This document shows positions 20,598 through 29,818 of a stretch of 64,000 nucleotides of DNA, piece after piece. This DNA is from an uncultured Aminicenantes bacterium (GTDB lineage: Bacteria; Acidobacteriota; Aminicenantia; UBA2199): the NCBI GenBank assembly GCA_965195285.1, contig CBDAFS010000040.1:1-64000 (forward strand). The letters run 5' to 3'. The notes beneath the pieces are model-generated. The model was not told the origin of the DNA and did not search any database. It saw nothing but the letters and a program-made list of their open reading frames with translations. The first letter of the stretch is position 1. Every line of letters starts with the position of its first letter. The translations under genes were made by a program, and so were the position numbers.

Positions 20598-21146
20598 TTA
20601 CTTCTTTATCCGGATTTTAACTTTACCCTGTTTGAGGAAGAGATTGATTTTGGCGTCAACCAGACTGGCAGTAATCATTTTAGACTTGAGTGAATTTATA
20701 ATACTCTCTTTATCAGAGGATTTGAATGATTTTTTCTTTGAAAATGAACAATAATCTTCAAAAAATTGTTCAAATGAGTTTTCACTGTTCAAACTAACTG
20801 TAATATCCTTTTGTTTTGCTTTATTATCCTGATGCTCCTGGACAGTACCAATGGGTTTTTTCTTGACCTCAACCAGTCCGACTTCGATTTCATGGAGTTT
20901 CTTAAGCCACATATTGTTATAGAGAGCAAATTTTGAGGCGATATTTTGTATTAAAATATTGATTGTTGCAGATTTCTGATCTGAGGATAAAATGTTCCGG
21001 ATCTTTTTTTCAATATAACTCCTCTCCTTCTCGGGAGGGATATTAACTTCTCCGGAAAAAAAGAGATTGAATTGAATCTTTAATTCCTCAATTCTTTTGT
21101 CTATTCCACGTATTAATTGTTCTAAATCTGGGGTTCTAGGTTGCAA
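20598..21146 (-). CDS. Hypothetical protein resembling the MXAN_5187 C-terminal domain family
   Basis: LKIQFNLFFSG...PP...YNNMW pattern and C-terminal KQGKVKIRIK; family recalled, not searched. Confidence 0.5.
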   Translation of the reverse strand: MQPRTPDLEQLIRGIDKRIEELKIQFNLFFSGEVNIPPEKERSYIEKKIRNILSSDQKSATINILIQNIASKFALYNNMWLKKLHEIEVGLVEVKKKPIGTVQEHQDNKAKQKDITVSLNSENSFEQFFEDYCSFSKKKSFKSSDKESIINSLKSKMITASLVDAKINLFLKQGKVKIRIKK

Positions 21147-21155
21147 ATTTTCACC

Positions 21156-22040
21156 CTAATCCAGAGAAATATACTTGCTAATGATAGGAGCCAGTTTTTC
21201 TTTTGTTTTCCTGGGCATCAACCCGGGATCGGTAATAAAGGCATTTTCCAATGAGGATTGGCATTCGCATCTATCTTCCCTTGAGTTGAGCTTTTCCACC
21301 AGAAGAGAAATCAAATGATTGGCATTTTCGGTATTTTTTTCCAGGTTATCAATGATCAGCTCCACGGATACTGATTCGAAATCCTTGTGCCAGCAATCAT
21401 AATCGGCAACAAAAGAAAGTGACACAAAGCACATTTCCATCTCTCGGGCCAATTTTGATTCAATAGCCTGAGTCATACCGATCACCGAGAATTGAAACTT
21501 GCGATACAACTCAGATTCCGCTCGGGTCGAAAACTGAGGGCCCTCTATATTCAAATACGTTCCGCCTGAATGAACATCAATCCCGACATGCCTGGCTGTC
21601 TTATAGGCGATTTTGGAAAGACATGGACAGGTTGGTTCCGCCATGGACACATGGGCCACGATTCCATCTTCAAAAAAAGTGCTCTCCCTTTTATGGGTAT
21701 GATCAACAAATTGATCCGGAATGACCAGGCTGGTCGGGGCAATTCCTTCTGTCAATGAACCAACCGCATTTACAGAAATCAATTTTTTTACACCCAGTAA
21801 CTTCAGGGCATACAGATTGGCCCGATAGTTCACCTCGGAGGGACTGAATCGATGTCCGATTCCGTGCCTGGATAAAAAAGCAACGGATCGATCTTTCATG
21901 TTACCGACAAAAAATTTCTCGGATGGCTGCCCGAAAGGAGTCTCGATATCAATATACTCAGCATTATTCAGGGAAATCAGGTTATAAAATCCACTGCCGC
22001 CAATAATACCTATTTCCGCATTTTGCAATAACTTCTCCAT
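21156..22040 (-). CDS. mtnP: S-methyl-5'-thioadenosine phosphorylase
   Basis: IGIIGGSG, FLSRHG, NYRAN, EGPQFSTRAES, DYDCW. Confidence 0.92.
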   Translation of the reverse strand: MEKLLQNAEIGIIGGSGFYNLISLNNAEYIDIETPFGQPSEKFFVGNMKDRSVAFLSRHGIGHRFSPSEVNYRANLYALKLLGVKKLISVNAVGSLTEGIAPTSLVIPDQFVDHTHKRESTFFEDGIVAHVSMAEPTCPCLSKIAYKTARHVGIDVHSGGTYLNIEGPQFSTRAESELYRKFQFSVIGMTQAIESKLAREMEMCFVSLSFVADYDCWHKDFESVSVELIIDNLEKNTENANHLISLLVEKLNSREDRCECQSSLENAFITDPGLMPRKTKEKLAPIISKYISLD

Positions 22041-22167
22041 ATCAATTTTATAAATCTATATTATTAATGAATTCTATCGCTAAAGTCAAGCCAGGTCAAC
22101 ATTACTTCTGGAGACAGAAAATCATTATGTGAGTTCACCGCAAGTGGAAATACCGGAAAAAAGGCAT

Positions 22168-23331
22168 TTATTCTGTTGGGTTAATTTCGCTATTTCTTAA
22201 TTTAACATCACCATATTTATTATTGATAATGATTTCAGGCTTCCCCTCCTGGCTAGTAAACAAGTGTTTATACTTACTGCTTACTACATTCAATTGCAGG
22301 GGAGTGTCATTTATTATTTTTCCATATATCAGGCTGATATTAAAGCGGGGTTTCTGGGTTTTTGAATAATCCAGCAGGATTCTGGAATGTTTGTTCCGGA
22401 TATTGATCCGATCCTCAACTTCAAAAAACCTCAGATTCAGATTGCCGTGGGACACCGAAATATCCACTTCCCGAGCCCATAGATTTTCTATACTAACCTG
22501 GTTATAAGTATTGTTCACAACCAGAGTTTCGGCATCGATGTTCAATAACTTGATCCGACAGTGTCTGGCATTCAACCTCACATTTCCCTTGACATCACGC
22601 AATTCAATGGAATCATGAGAGTTTTTCAGGTTAATATCCTGTTTGATTCCAATCAGCTGCATCCGGGTATGACGACCCTCGATTTCCATAGACTGGGCAT
22701 CGGATATTTTAACCGTCGAGTACCTGGACTCCATATCCACCGGTCCCATCATGTTTTGGAGGGTTACCCGGCCATAACCATGGCGTATATACATTCCAGC
22801 CTTGATATCTTTGGCCAGAATATCTCCATATTTATTATCAATATCTACTTTTTCATCCAAACTCTCAACCTCGATATCCCCATAACGATTGATCAGTTTT
22901 ACTTGAACTCCTCCGGGAATCAAAACATCAAAAAAGATTCTGGCCCGCCTATAAGGGAATTTGTCCTGGGAAACCACCTCAAACTTCAAATGGCCATCAA
23001 TCACATTGGACCGGATTTCAATTTTCTCTTGAAACCCAACTGCCCGTTCTCTACTCTTGTGATAAATTATTTTGATCCACTTTATCACCACTTTTGATTC
23101 CAAAGTCGGGTGAATTTTTATACTTCCTGCCAGGTTTTCAATGTTAAGGGTATGAATGTTTTCAAAAGTGGATTTTATCCCTGTAAATTCATGGGGATGA
23201 TTTTTATCCAGCAGGTATTTCGAATCGGTCGAACAACCTTCGAAAATCTCCTCCTCTCCTGTTTTATAAAGCTGATATAGGAGTCCGAATATGATTAAAA
23301 CAACAATCAAAAAAATTTCTTTTCGCTTCAT
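22168..23331 (-). CDS. Membrane-anchored DUF4097/adhesin-like beta-strand repeat protein
   Basis: N-terminal TM and repeated N-x-YGDI beta motifs; start MKRKEIF. Confidence 0.7.
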   Translation of the reverse strand: MKRKEIFLIVVLIIFGLLYQLYKTGEEEIFEGCSTDSKYLLDKNHPHEFTGIKSTFENIHTLNIENLAGSIKIHPTLESKVVIKWIKIIYHKSRERAVGFQEKIEIRSNVIDGHLKFEVVSQDKFPYRRARIFFDVLIPGGVQVKLINRYGDIEVESLDEKVDIDNKYGDILAKDIKAGMYIRHGYGRVTLQNMMGPVDMESRYSTVKISDAQSMEIEGRHTRMQLIGIKQDINLKNSHDSIELRDVKGNVRLNARHCRIKLLNIDAETLVVNNTYNQVSIENLWAREVDISVSHGNLNLRFFEVEDRINIRNKHSRILLDYSKTQKPRFNISLIYGKIINDTPLQLNVVSSKYKHLFTSQEGKPEIIINNKYGDVKLRNSEINPTE

Positions 23332-23516
23332 TTTCTCTTCATGATATAAACAACAATGTTTTTTACCCCAATATAAATTAAGATGACCGGCCAGAATTTG
23401 GCGATGAATTCCCAAATATCAATATCTGCCCAGCCCAGATTTTTTATCATAAACAACATCCCGATCAATAGAATCAGAAACCCCCAGAACAGGGATTCGC
23501 TCTTTTGTTTACTCAT
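23328..23516 (-). CDS. Small LiaF/LiaI-like membrane protein (DUF5668-like)
   Basis: LFWGFLILLIG...KFWPVILIYIG. Confidence 0.7.
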   Translation of the reverse strand: MSKQKSESLFWGFLILLIGMLFMIKNLGWADIDIWEFIAKFWPVILIYIGVKNIVVYIMKRK

Positions 23517-24000
23517 TGCTTTCCTCCTTCTTTTTGAGTTCATAATAGTTCAGAATAAATTTCAGCCCCAAACCGATCAAGACCAACGGCCATAAACGGA
23601 TAACCTGTCCATAGGAGAGAACATCAAAGTTGATTAACAGAAAAACAATACCCAAAATCAACACCACCACCGAACCGGCTAATGACATTTCTTCTTTATT
23701 GTTTCCATTTTCCCGTCCGGCTTTAAACCTGACAATTCTGGCATTATTATAACTGTCGATTATCTGAAAGATGTAGAATCCGGCGATAAGAAGCCCAAAC
23801 ACAACTGTCTCTAACTCTTGGGATCCATATTCACTGGAATAAACTTCCAGGACAATCAGCATGGCAAAAATAATCATATAGGCAATCCCTTTGAGAAAAT
23901 TCCCAATATAAAAAAAGCCGGCGCCGGGAAAAATAGCAGAGATGATGGCTGCCAGTGCCGGGCTTTTCCTGTTTACAGTCTCAACATTTTTTTCACCCAT
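23509..24000 (-). CDS. Membrane protein, TM2-like N-terminus plus LiaF-like C-terminal helices
   Basis: KSPALAAIISAIFPGAGFFY...RLWPLVLIGLG; SD GGAGG. Confidence 0.7.
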   Translation of the reverse strand: MGEKNVETVNRKSPALAAIISAIFPGAGFFYIGNFLKGIAYMIIFAMLIVLEVYSSEYGSQELETVVFGLLIAGFYIFQIIDSYNNARIVRFKAGRENGNNKEEMSLAGSVVVLILGIVFLLINFDVLSYGQVIRLWPLVLIGLGLKFILNYYELKKKEESNE

Positions 24001-24505
24001 TTTTTCCTCCTTTGTTATTTGAGCTCTTCTTTTCATCTATCTGTCTGAATTCCGATTCCTTTTTAAAAAAACCAAAATCCAAAGAAACACCTTTCCTCGA
24101 TTCTTTAATGGTTTCGATAAATGCCCCCGCTTCAACCACAAATTTTTCAACCCTGGCCACAGCCAGATGAAGGGTTTTGTTGGCCGTGGGATAGATATTG
24201 GTGAAATAGAAAAGGTTTAAAAATAAAACCACAGTGCCAATGGCAGCAGCGATCCACTTTAAATATATGCCACGGCTCTCTTCTTCCTGGTCCGCATCAA
24301 AAATATTGTAAAGCCTGTTTTTCAGGAAAAACGGAATCTCCTCTTCCAGTTCCGGATAAACATATCTCATATGTTCGATTTTCTCTTTCAACTCCCGGCA
24401 TTTCGGGCATTGCTTCAAATGAATGGAAATCTCTTTTCTCTGGCTATTTTCCAGTTCATTTTCAATAAAACCCGATATGAGACTCTCTACCTTTTTGCAG
24501 TCCAT
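23993..24505 (-). CDS. Zinc-finger (zf-HC2) anti-sigma factor
   Basis: MDCKK...HLKQCPKC (HxxxCxxC) and one TM; follows an ECF sigma. Confidence 0.85.
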   Translation of the reverse strand: MDCKKVESLISGFIENELENSQRKEISIHLKQCPKCRELKEKIEHMRYVYPELEEEIPFFLKNRLYNIFDADQEEESRGIYLKWIAAAIGTVVLFLNLFYFTNIYPTANKTLHLAVARVEKFVVEAGAFIETIKESRKGVSLDFGFFKKESEFRQIDEKKSSNNKGGKNG

Positions 24506-24506
24506 A

Positions 24507-25043
24507 TCAATTCCCCTCATCCATGAATGTCTTGGCCAGTTTTACCCGGGCCCGGTTGATTCTGGATTTAATGGTCCCCAGAGGAAGATTGAGCGTATCG
24601 GCAATTTCCTGATAGGAATATTCCTGGATGTCCCTCATGATCAAAAGCAATTTCAAGTCCGGATCCAGAATGGATATTTTATTCCTAAGATTGGTCACAT
24701 CACAATCTTTGACAGCCTTATCTTCCGGTGTATGGTCTGTTCTTATCAGATCGTCGCTCAGCTCGATTCGTCTGGCGCTTCGTTTTGTCTTTCGCCAGTG
24801 GTCGATACAGTGATTGGTGGAGATCTTAACCAGCCAGGATTTAAAACTTTTCTCCTCCCTGAATTTGTCAATATTGTTATAAACCTTGAGGAAAACATCC
24901 TGGGTAATATCCTCGGCATCCTCCCGGTTGGCAAAAAAATTCAGGGCCAGATTATAAATGGTTTTGGCATACCGATCAACAATCATGTTCCAAGCCTCAT
25001 AATCTCCATTTTTACACCGTTGAACAATCTCACCAATGTTCAT
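24507..25043 (-). CDS. ECF RNA polymerase sigma factor
   Basis: DAEDITQD, FKSWLVKISTNHCID, YQEIA...GTIKSRINRAR. Confidence 0.93.
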   Translation of the reverse strand: MNIGEIVQRCKNGDYEAWNMIVDRYAKTIYNLALNFFANREDAEDITQDVFLKVYNNIDKFREEKSFKSWLVKISTNHCIDHWRKTKRSARRIELSDDLIRTDHTPEDKAVKDCDVTNLRNKISILDPDLKLLLIMRDIQEYSYQEIADTLNLPLGTIKSRINRARVKLAKTFMDEGN

Positions 25044-25048
25044 ATCTC

Positions 25049-25075
25049 TTAACGATCCCCTTCAGCAAAAGTTCC
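25049..25075 (-). promoter_or_regulatory. Putative autoregulatory ECF promoter
   Basis: GGAAC-16 nt-CGTTAA ending 5 nt before the sigma ATG. Confidence 0.6.
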
Positions 25076-25179
25076 CGGTTCCCATTTTTGTTCAATTTTG
25101 GCTTCATTTATTTCTTCATTTACACTATTCATTGGCAATACCTTCAGATTTTTCCACTCATATTTTATACTCTTTTTTT

Positions 25180-27597
25180 TTACAAATCCCCATATTTCTC
25201 CAACCGTTCTTCATAAATCTCCTTTGCATTCGCCACGATTTTTTGAAACCGGGGATCATCCCGCAAATTGTCATAGTGAGGATTATTAATCAAGTATAGA
25301 TAATTATATGCATCTTTACTTTTCTTCAGGGACTTTTGCATCATTGCAATGGCCTTGTCCTGCATTCCCAGCAATGAATAGACACGGGATGATTGCGTTT
25401 TTTGGGCAAGCGCTTTCTTCTTCTCCCCTCTGGCGGCAAACAAAATGGCCTTTTGTGCTTTAGTAGATCTAAAACGCATCTTTCCTTTCTCCAATTTGTC
25501 TATATACTCTTCGGCTTTATCATAATTTTTCACCCTCAGGTAATGTATGCAGTACAGCCTGATCAAATTGGTTTGACCAGGGAAAAATTCGGATGCTTTT
25601 TTGAGATACCGGACAGATTGGCTATAATTTCTCAAATAAATGAAGCTTCTGGCTATGGTGGTATAAGGGAGCAGGAGAAGCGGGTCAAGCTCGATTGCTC
25701 TGGTGCAGTATTTTAGGGCCTGGTGATATAAACCCATCCGATGATAATAAAAGCCTGTTGTAAAATTCAATATTGCACTATTGGGAGCTTTTTGCAGGGC
25801 TTTTTTAAATTCAATATATGCCAGGTCATATTTTTTCATCATGGCATAACTGTGGCCAATACCCCCCCAATAACCTTCAGATGAATCCGGAGCCAATTCT
25901 CTTGCTTTTCTGGCGAATTTTAAGGCCAGATTAAAATAATTAATATCTCGTGTCACAATATAATGGTTTCCATAGGCCCAGGATAATCCGCTGTAGGCCC
26001 TGGCATAATCGGGATCAATCTCCAGAGCTTTTTTAAACATCTTCACAACAGCATCTAAGACCTTATCGTTCATATCCAGGTAAAACCGGTTGTTGAATAT
26101 ATGCATGGCCTTGAGGTAATATTCATAGGCCCGGGTGTTTTTTGTTTGCCCCTCCATCATTGATTTTAAAGCTTCCGGTGTAAATGTCACCTTCAGGGAC
26201 TGGGCAATGGCTTTGGCCACTTCGTCCTGAACAGTAAAAATATCTTCCAGCTTGCGGTCATAATTTTTGGCCCACAGGTGGGCATCATCCGCCACCCTTA
26301 TCAACTGGGCGGTAATCCGGATCCGGTTTTTATCCTTTCTCACGCTGCCCTCCAGCACATTTTCCACTGCCAGCTGCCGGCCGATTTCCATAATGCTTTT
26401 TTCACTGTTTTTAAATCTCATCACCGAAGTGCGGGAAATCACCTTCAGATCATTGATAGTAGTAAGCTTGGTGATGATCTCCTCGGTCATTCCGTCGCAG
26501 AAATATTCCTGCTCTTTGTCGGCACTTATATTGGTGAAAGGGAGAACCGCAATGGAGTTTTTCCATTTTGAGTCAAAGATTTTTCCTTCGATAGATTTTT
26601 CCTGAACAACTGTTTTCTCAGGTTTTGGTTTTTCCTTTAAAAACAAATAACCGGCCACAACAAGAACAGCCAGTAATATGAAACCCATCCATATGAATGG
26701 GTTTTGGGGGAGTCCTCTTTTTTTCACCACAACACCTGTTTTTGGATCTTTGGTTGCTTTTTCCGATTTTTTTATTAAATTCTTCAAATCAACTATCATA
26801 TCGGCAACATTCTGATATCTGGCAGAAATATCTTTGTTCAATGTTTTATTGACGATTCTCTCCAGTTCCCGGGGAACGCCTGTGCGCAATCCGGTGATCG
26901 GCTCGGGTTCTTCATTCATGATGGCGTACATCACAGCCTGTTCATATTCACCTTTAAAAGGTAACTGCCCGGTAATCATTTCGTAAAGTAATACCCCCAG
27001 GGACCAGATGTCGGAACGGTGATCGACTTTGTCTCCAGAGGCCTGCTCGGGTGACATGTAGGCAACGGTTCCCAGGGTGGTTCCCTCTTTGGTAAGCTTG
27101 GTAATCCCTCTCAGTTTGGCCAGGCCGAAATCGAGGATTTTAACCACCCCTTCTTCGGTTATAATAATATTGGCTGATTTGATGTCACGGTGGACGATCT
27201 CTTTTTGATGGGCTTTGTTGAGGCCTTCTGCTATCTGGATGGTGATATCAATGGCATCATTTAGAGGCAAGGGCGAACCGCCATTCGCCCCTACACCTGA
27301 TATTTTCTCATTTAATGTTTGCCCTTCATAGTATGCCATGGCAATGAACATCCGGCCCTCTTCGGTTTCATCGATTTCAAAAATATTACAGATATTGGGA
27401 TGGTCCAGGGCAGCAGCTGCCTTGGCCTCATGGATGAAGCGTTTTTTTTCTTCTTTATTGATGTTGATATGAGTGGGAAGAAATTTTAAGGCCACAGTTC
27501 TATCCAGCTTCGTATCCAGCGCCTTGTAAACCACTCCCATACCCCCGGCACCAATCTCCTGAAGTATTTTGTAGTGTGATATCGTTTTTCCAATCAT
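25180..27597 (-). CDS. Hanks-type Ser/Thr protein kinase with TM, TolB-N/CsgG-like domain and TPRs
   Basis: GAGGMGVVY, ALK, HRDIKSAN, DFGLA, YMSPE; SIAVLPF...LEGSVR; TPR helices. Confidence 0.92.
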   Translation of the reverse strand: MIGKTISHYKILQEIGAGGMGVVYKALDTKLDRTVALKFLPTHININKEEKKRFIHEAKAAAALDHPNICNIFEIDETEEGRMFIAMAYYEGQTLNEKISGVGANGGSPLPLNDAIDITIQIAEGLNKAHQKEIVHRDIKSANIIITEEGVVKILDFGLAKLRGITKLTKEGTTLGTVAYMSPEQASGDKVDHRSDIWSLGVLLYEMITGQLPFKGEYEQAVMYAIMNEEPEPITGLRTGVPRELERIVNKTLNKDISARYQNVADMIVDLKNLIKKSEKATKDPKTGVVVKKRGLPQNPFIWMGFILLAVLVVAGYLFLKEKPKPEKTVVQEKSIEGKIFDSKWKNSIAVLPFTNISADKEQEYFCDGMTEEIITKLTTINDLKVISRTSVMRFKNSEKSIMEIGRQLAVENVLEGSVRKDKNRIRITAQLIRVADDAHLWAKNYDRKLEDIFTVQDEVAKAIAQSLKVTFTPEALKSMMEGQTKNTRAYEYYLKAMHIFNNRFYLDMNDKVLDAVVKMFKKALEIDPDYARAYSGLSWAYGNHYIVTRDINYFNLALKFARKARELAPDSSEGYWGGIGHSYAMMKKYDLAYIEFKKALQKAPNSAILNFTTGFYYHRMGLYHQALKYCTRAIELDPLLLLPYTTIARSFIYLRNYSQSVRYLKKASEFFPGQTNLIRLYCIHYLRVKNYDKAEEYIDKLEKGKMRFRSTKAQKAILFAARGEKKKALAQKTQSSRVYSLLGMQDKAIAMMQKSLKKSKDAYNYLYLINNPHYDNLRDDPRFQKIVANAKEIYEERLEKYGDL
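27271..27294 (-). repeat. GTAG-type REP-like palindrome embedded in frame in the kinase gene
   Basis: Minus strand GTAG-GGGCGAA-TGGCGG-TTCGCCC, encoding VGANGGSP. Confidence 0.7.
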
Positions 27598-27611
27598 TTA
27601 ATTTCTTTTCT

Positions 27612-27753
27612 GCTGTGGGCCGGGAGCTGTGAGCCGGGGGCTGATTTGTGAGATTGTTTGTCCGATCATTTTTTAACTTTTTTTGATCTAAGGTTGAGGT
27701 TAAGGTTAAGTAAAAAGATCATCTTGCTTTCTATCTCCTGTCTTCTGACTCCT
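27612..27753. repeat. Three short degenerate tandem-repeat tracts upstream of the kinase
   Basis: GCTGTGG/GCCGGGA heptamers 27612-27646; TAAGGT hexamers 27689-27711; TTCTATC/TCCTGTC/TTCTGAC heptamers 27729-27753. Confidence 0.6.
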
Positions 27754-27954
27754 TAATTCTAAGATTATATTTAAACCTTTTCACCAGCAACCAGTTACTA
27801 TTCACTAGATTATATAACAAAAATCAACTTTTTTTTCAATTCATAATTTCAGGTTGATCAGGTTGTTTTAAATTTTCAACCTTTTAATAGAATTCACTTG
27901 AATTATTTTTTTAAATATAATATAAATTGAACAACCTTAAAAAGGAGATGTTTT

Positions 27955-28293
27955 ATGAAAATTGAGAGAAGAAAAAAAAGTGGGGTAGTGATTTTGGATC
28001 TACAGGGGAAAATACTGACCGGAGACGCCATTACCGAAATACGTGTCGCCATCAACAACCTGGTTAAAGAGAATGAAACCAAAGTGGTATTGAACTTTTC
28101 CGATGTGCCCTATTTGGATTCTACCGGATTGGGTGAAATCGTCAGATCTTTCACCTCCATCAAAAAAATCGACGGCACGGTGAAAATACTCAATTTAACC
28201 AGCCGGGTAAAGGATTTGATGACCATCACCAAACTCATTACCGTATTTGAATGCTTTGAAGATGAGGAGAAAGCAATCAACAGTTTTGGTTAG
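27955..28293 (+). CDS. STAS-domain anti-sigma factor antagonist (RsbV/SpoIIAA-like)
   Basis: VVLNFSDVPYLDSTGLG with phosphoacceptor Ser; SD AAGGAG. Confidence 0.9.
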   Translation: MKIERRKKSGVVILDLQGKILTGDAITEIRVAINNLVKENETKVVLNFSDVPYLDSTGLGEIVRSFTSIKKIDGTVKILNLTSRVKDLMTITKLITVFECFEDEEKAINSFG

Positions 28294-28398
28294 AATTTTA
28301 AAATTACCTTAATTTATTTTCAATCTGCTCAAATAGAAATTTATACCAAAATTTAACACATTTCCTTTAACTATTAATCCCTCAATAATTAACAGCGA

Positions 28399-29703
28399 TT
28401 ATATATTTCTTTTGATGACAATCAGGGTTATATCGTCAGCCTGGGGCAAATCACCGGTATGTAGCCGAACCGAATGTAAAATTTTTTCTAAAATATTCTG
28501 GGCCGAATTTTCGCGAGTTTTTTCAACCACTTCAATCAACTTTTCCTCACCGAATTCCTCTTCACGGCTATTAAATGCTTCGGTGATTCCATCCGAATAC
28601 AGGATGAAAAGATCATCCTGGGATAATGATATTTGCTCCTCATGAAAGCAAAATGACTCCAGGCATCCCAGCACAATACCATCTGACTCCAGGCGGAATG
28701 GACTTTTCTCCCTGGAAAATAAAATCGGGTAATTATGACCCGCATTTGAATACTTCAATTGATGGGACAGCACATCCAAAATCCCATAGAAAAGGGTGGC
28801 AAATTTTTCCGGCCCGGAATTCTGGAACATATGAAGATTGGAATGTTCAAGACAGGCACTGGAGGAGGCATTCAATAAGGTCTGACTCCGGATGGTTGCC
28901 TGAAGATTGGCCATCAACAATGCTGCCGGCATTCCCTTGCCCGACACATCACCAAGACAAAAAGCCAGCTGATGGTTGTTCATGGGAATAAAGTCAAAGT
29001 AATCGCCGCCTACATCTTTAGCTGGAATACTCTTGCCGGCAATGTCATACCCATCAATCGCCGGAGCCTGAGTGGGAAGTAGATTCATCTGAATCTCATA
29101 AGCCAGTCTTAATTCCTCCTGCATGCGAATCAGAGATTGTTCCTCTTCCAGCAAACGGGCATTCTCAATGACCTGGGCCGACTGGGTGGCAATAATTTCC
29201 AGCAAACGGCTGCCCTTCTGAGTAAAGCCCAGATCAGATTGGGAATTGAACAGGGCAATCAAACCGATCATTCGCCCTTTTTGCTTTAAAGGAACCGCCA
29301 GCAACGATTGGATGGAAAAAGTCTCCTTTCCCCGTTTTAAAAACCGGTTATCCTCCTGAAAGTCATTGATAACCAATGCTTTTCTGTTTTTCAACATCCA
29401 GCCCGATAGCTGGGAATCCAAACGGTAGGGCAACCGGAGTGATATGGTATCCCCCCTCCGGGCCACGGTTTGAAAGGGTTTTTCTTCTGTTTTTTCATCC
29501 AGCAGCATAATGGCTCCCTGCTCCACCTCCATATGCTTCAGGCATTTTTGAATGATCAGGTCCAGAATACGGTCCAGTGATAAGGTTGAACTGATGGCTA
29601 CGGCAATCTCATTCAGCATCGACAATTCTTCAACTGCCCGGCGTAATTGATTGATTTCCCCTTGCAATTTCTGAATCTGGATGATATCTTTTCCGGGATT
29701 CAT
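28399..29703 (-). CDS. GAF plus SpoIIE/PP2C phosphatase (RsbU-like)
   Basis: GAF (SLLAVPL); VGGDYFD, GDVSGKG, NAGH, YSDG, DDIT. Confidence 0.92.
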   Translation of the reverse strand: MNPGKDIIQIQKLQGEINQLRRAVEELSMLNEIAVAISSTLSLDRILDLIIQKCLKHMEVEQGAIMLLDEKTEEKPFQTVARRGDTISLRLPYRLDSQLSGWMLKNRKALVINDFQEDNRFLKRGKETFSIQSLLAVPLKQKGRMIGLIALFNSQSDLGFTQKGSRLLEIIATQSAQVIENARLLEEEQSLIRMQEELRLAYEIQMNLLPTQAPAIDGYDIAGKSIPAKDVGGDYFDFIPMNNHQLAFCLGDVSGKGMPAALLMANLQATIRSQTLLNASSSACLEHSNLHMFQNSGPEKFATLFYGILDVLSHQLKYSNAGHNYPILFSREKSPFRLESDGIVLGCLESFCFHEEQISLSQDDLFILYSDGITEAFNSREEEFGEEKLIEVVEKTRENSAQNILEKILHSVRLHTGDLPQADDITLIVIKRNI

Positions 29704-29742
29704 TTTTTTCCTTTAAATAAAAAACCCTTTTGCCCTCTTATA

Positions 29743-29771
29743 TTTATATCACCGGTCTTTTTACATGTCAA
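29743..29771 (-). promoter_or_regulatory. Sigma70 promoter of the GAF-PP2C gene
   Basis: TTGACA-17 nt-TATAAA. Confidence 0.55.
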
Positions 29772-29818
29772 ATCCATAACCGGCAATCCTGTCACCTGCC
29801 CAACTCTTACCAAACCAT

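Noticed and set aside
24423-25052. 209-aa plus-strand ORF
   Set aside because: It is antisense to a clear ECF sigma gene over essentially its whole length.
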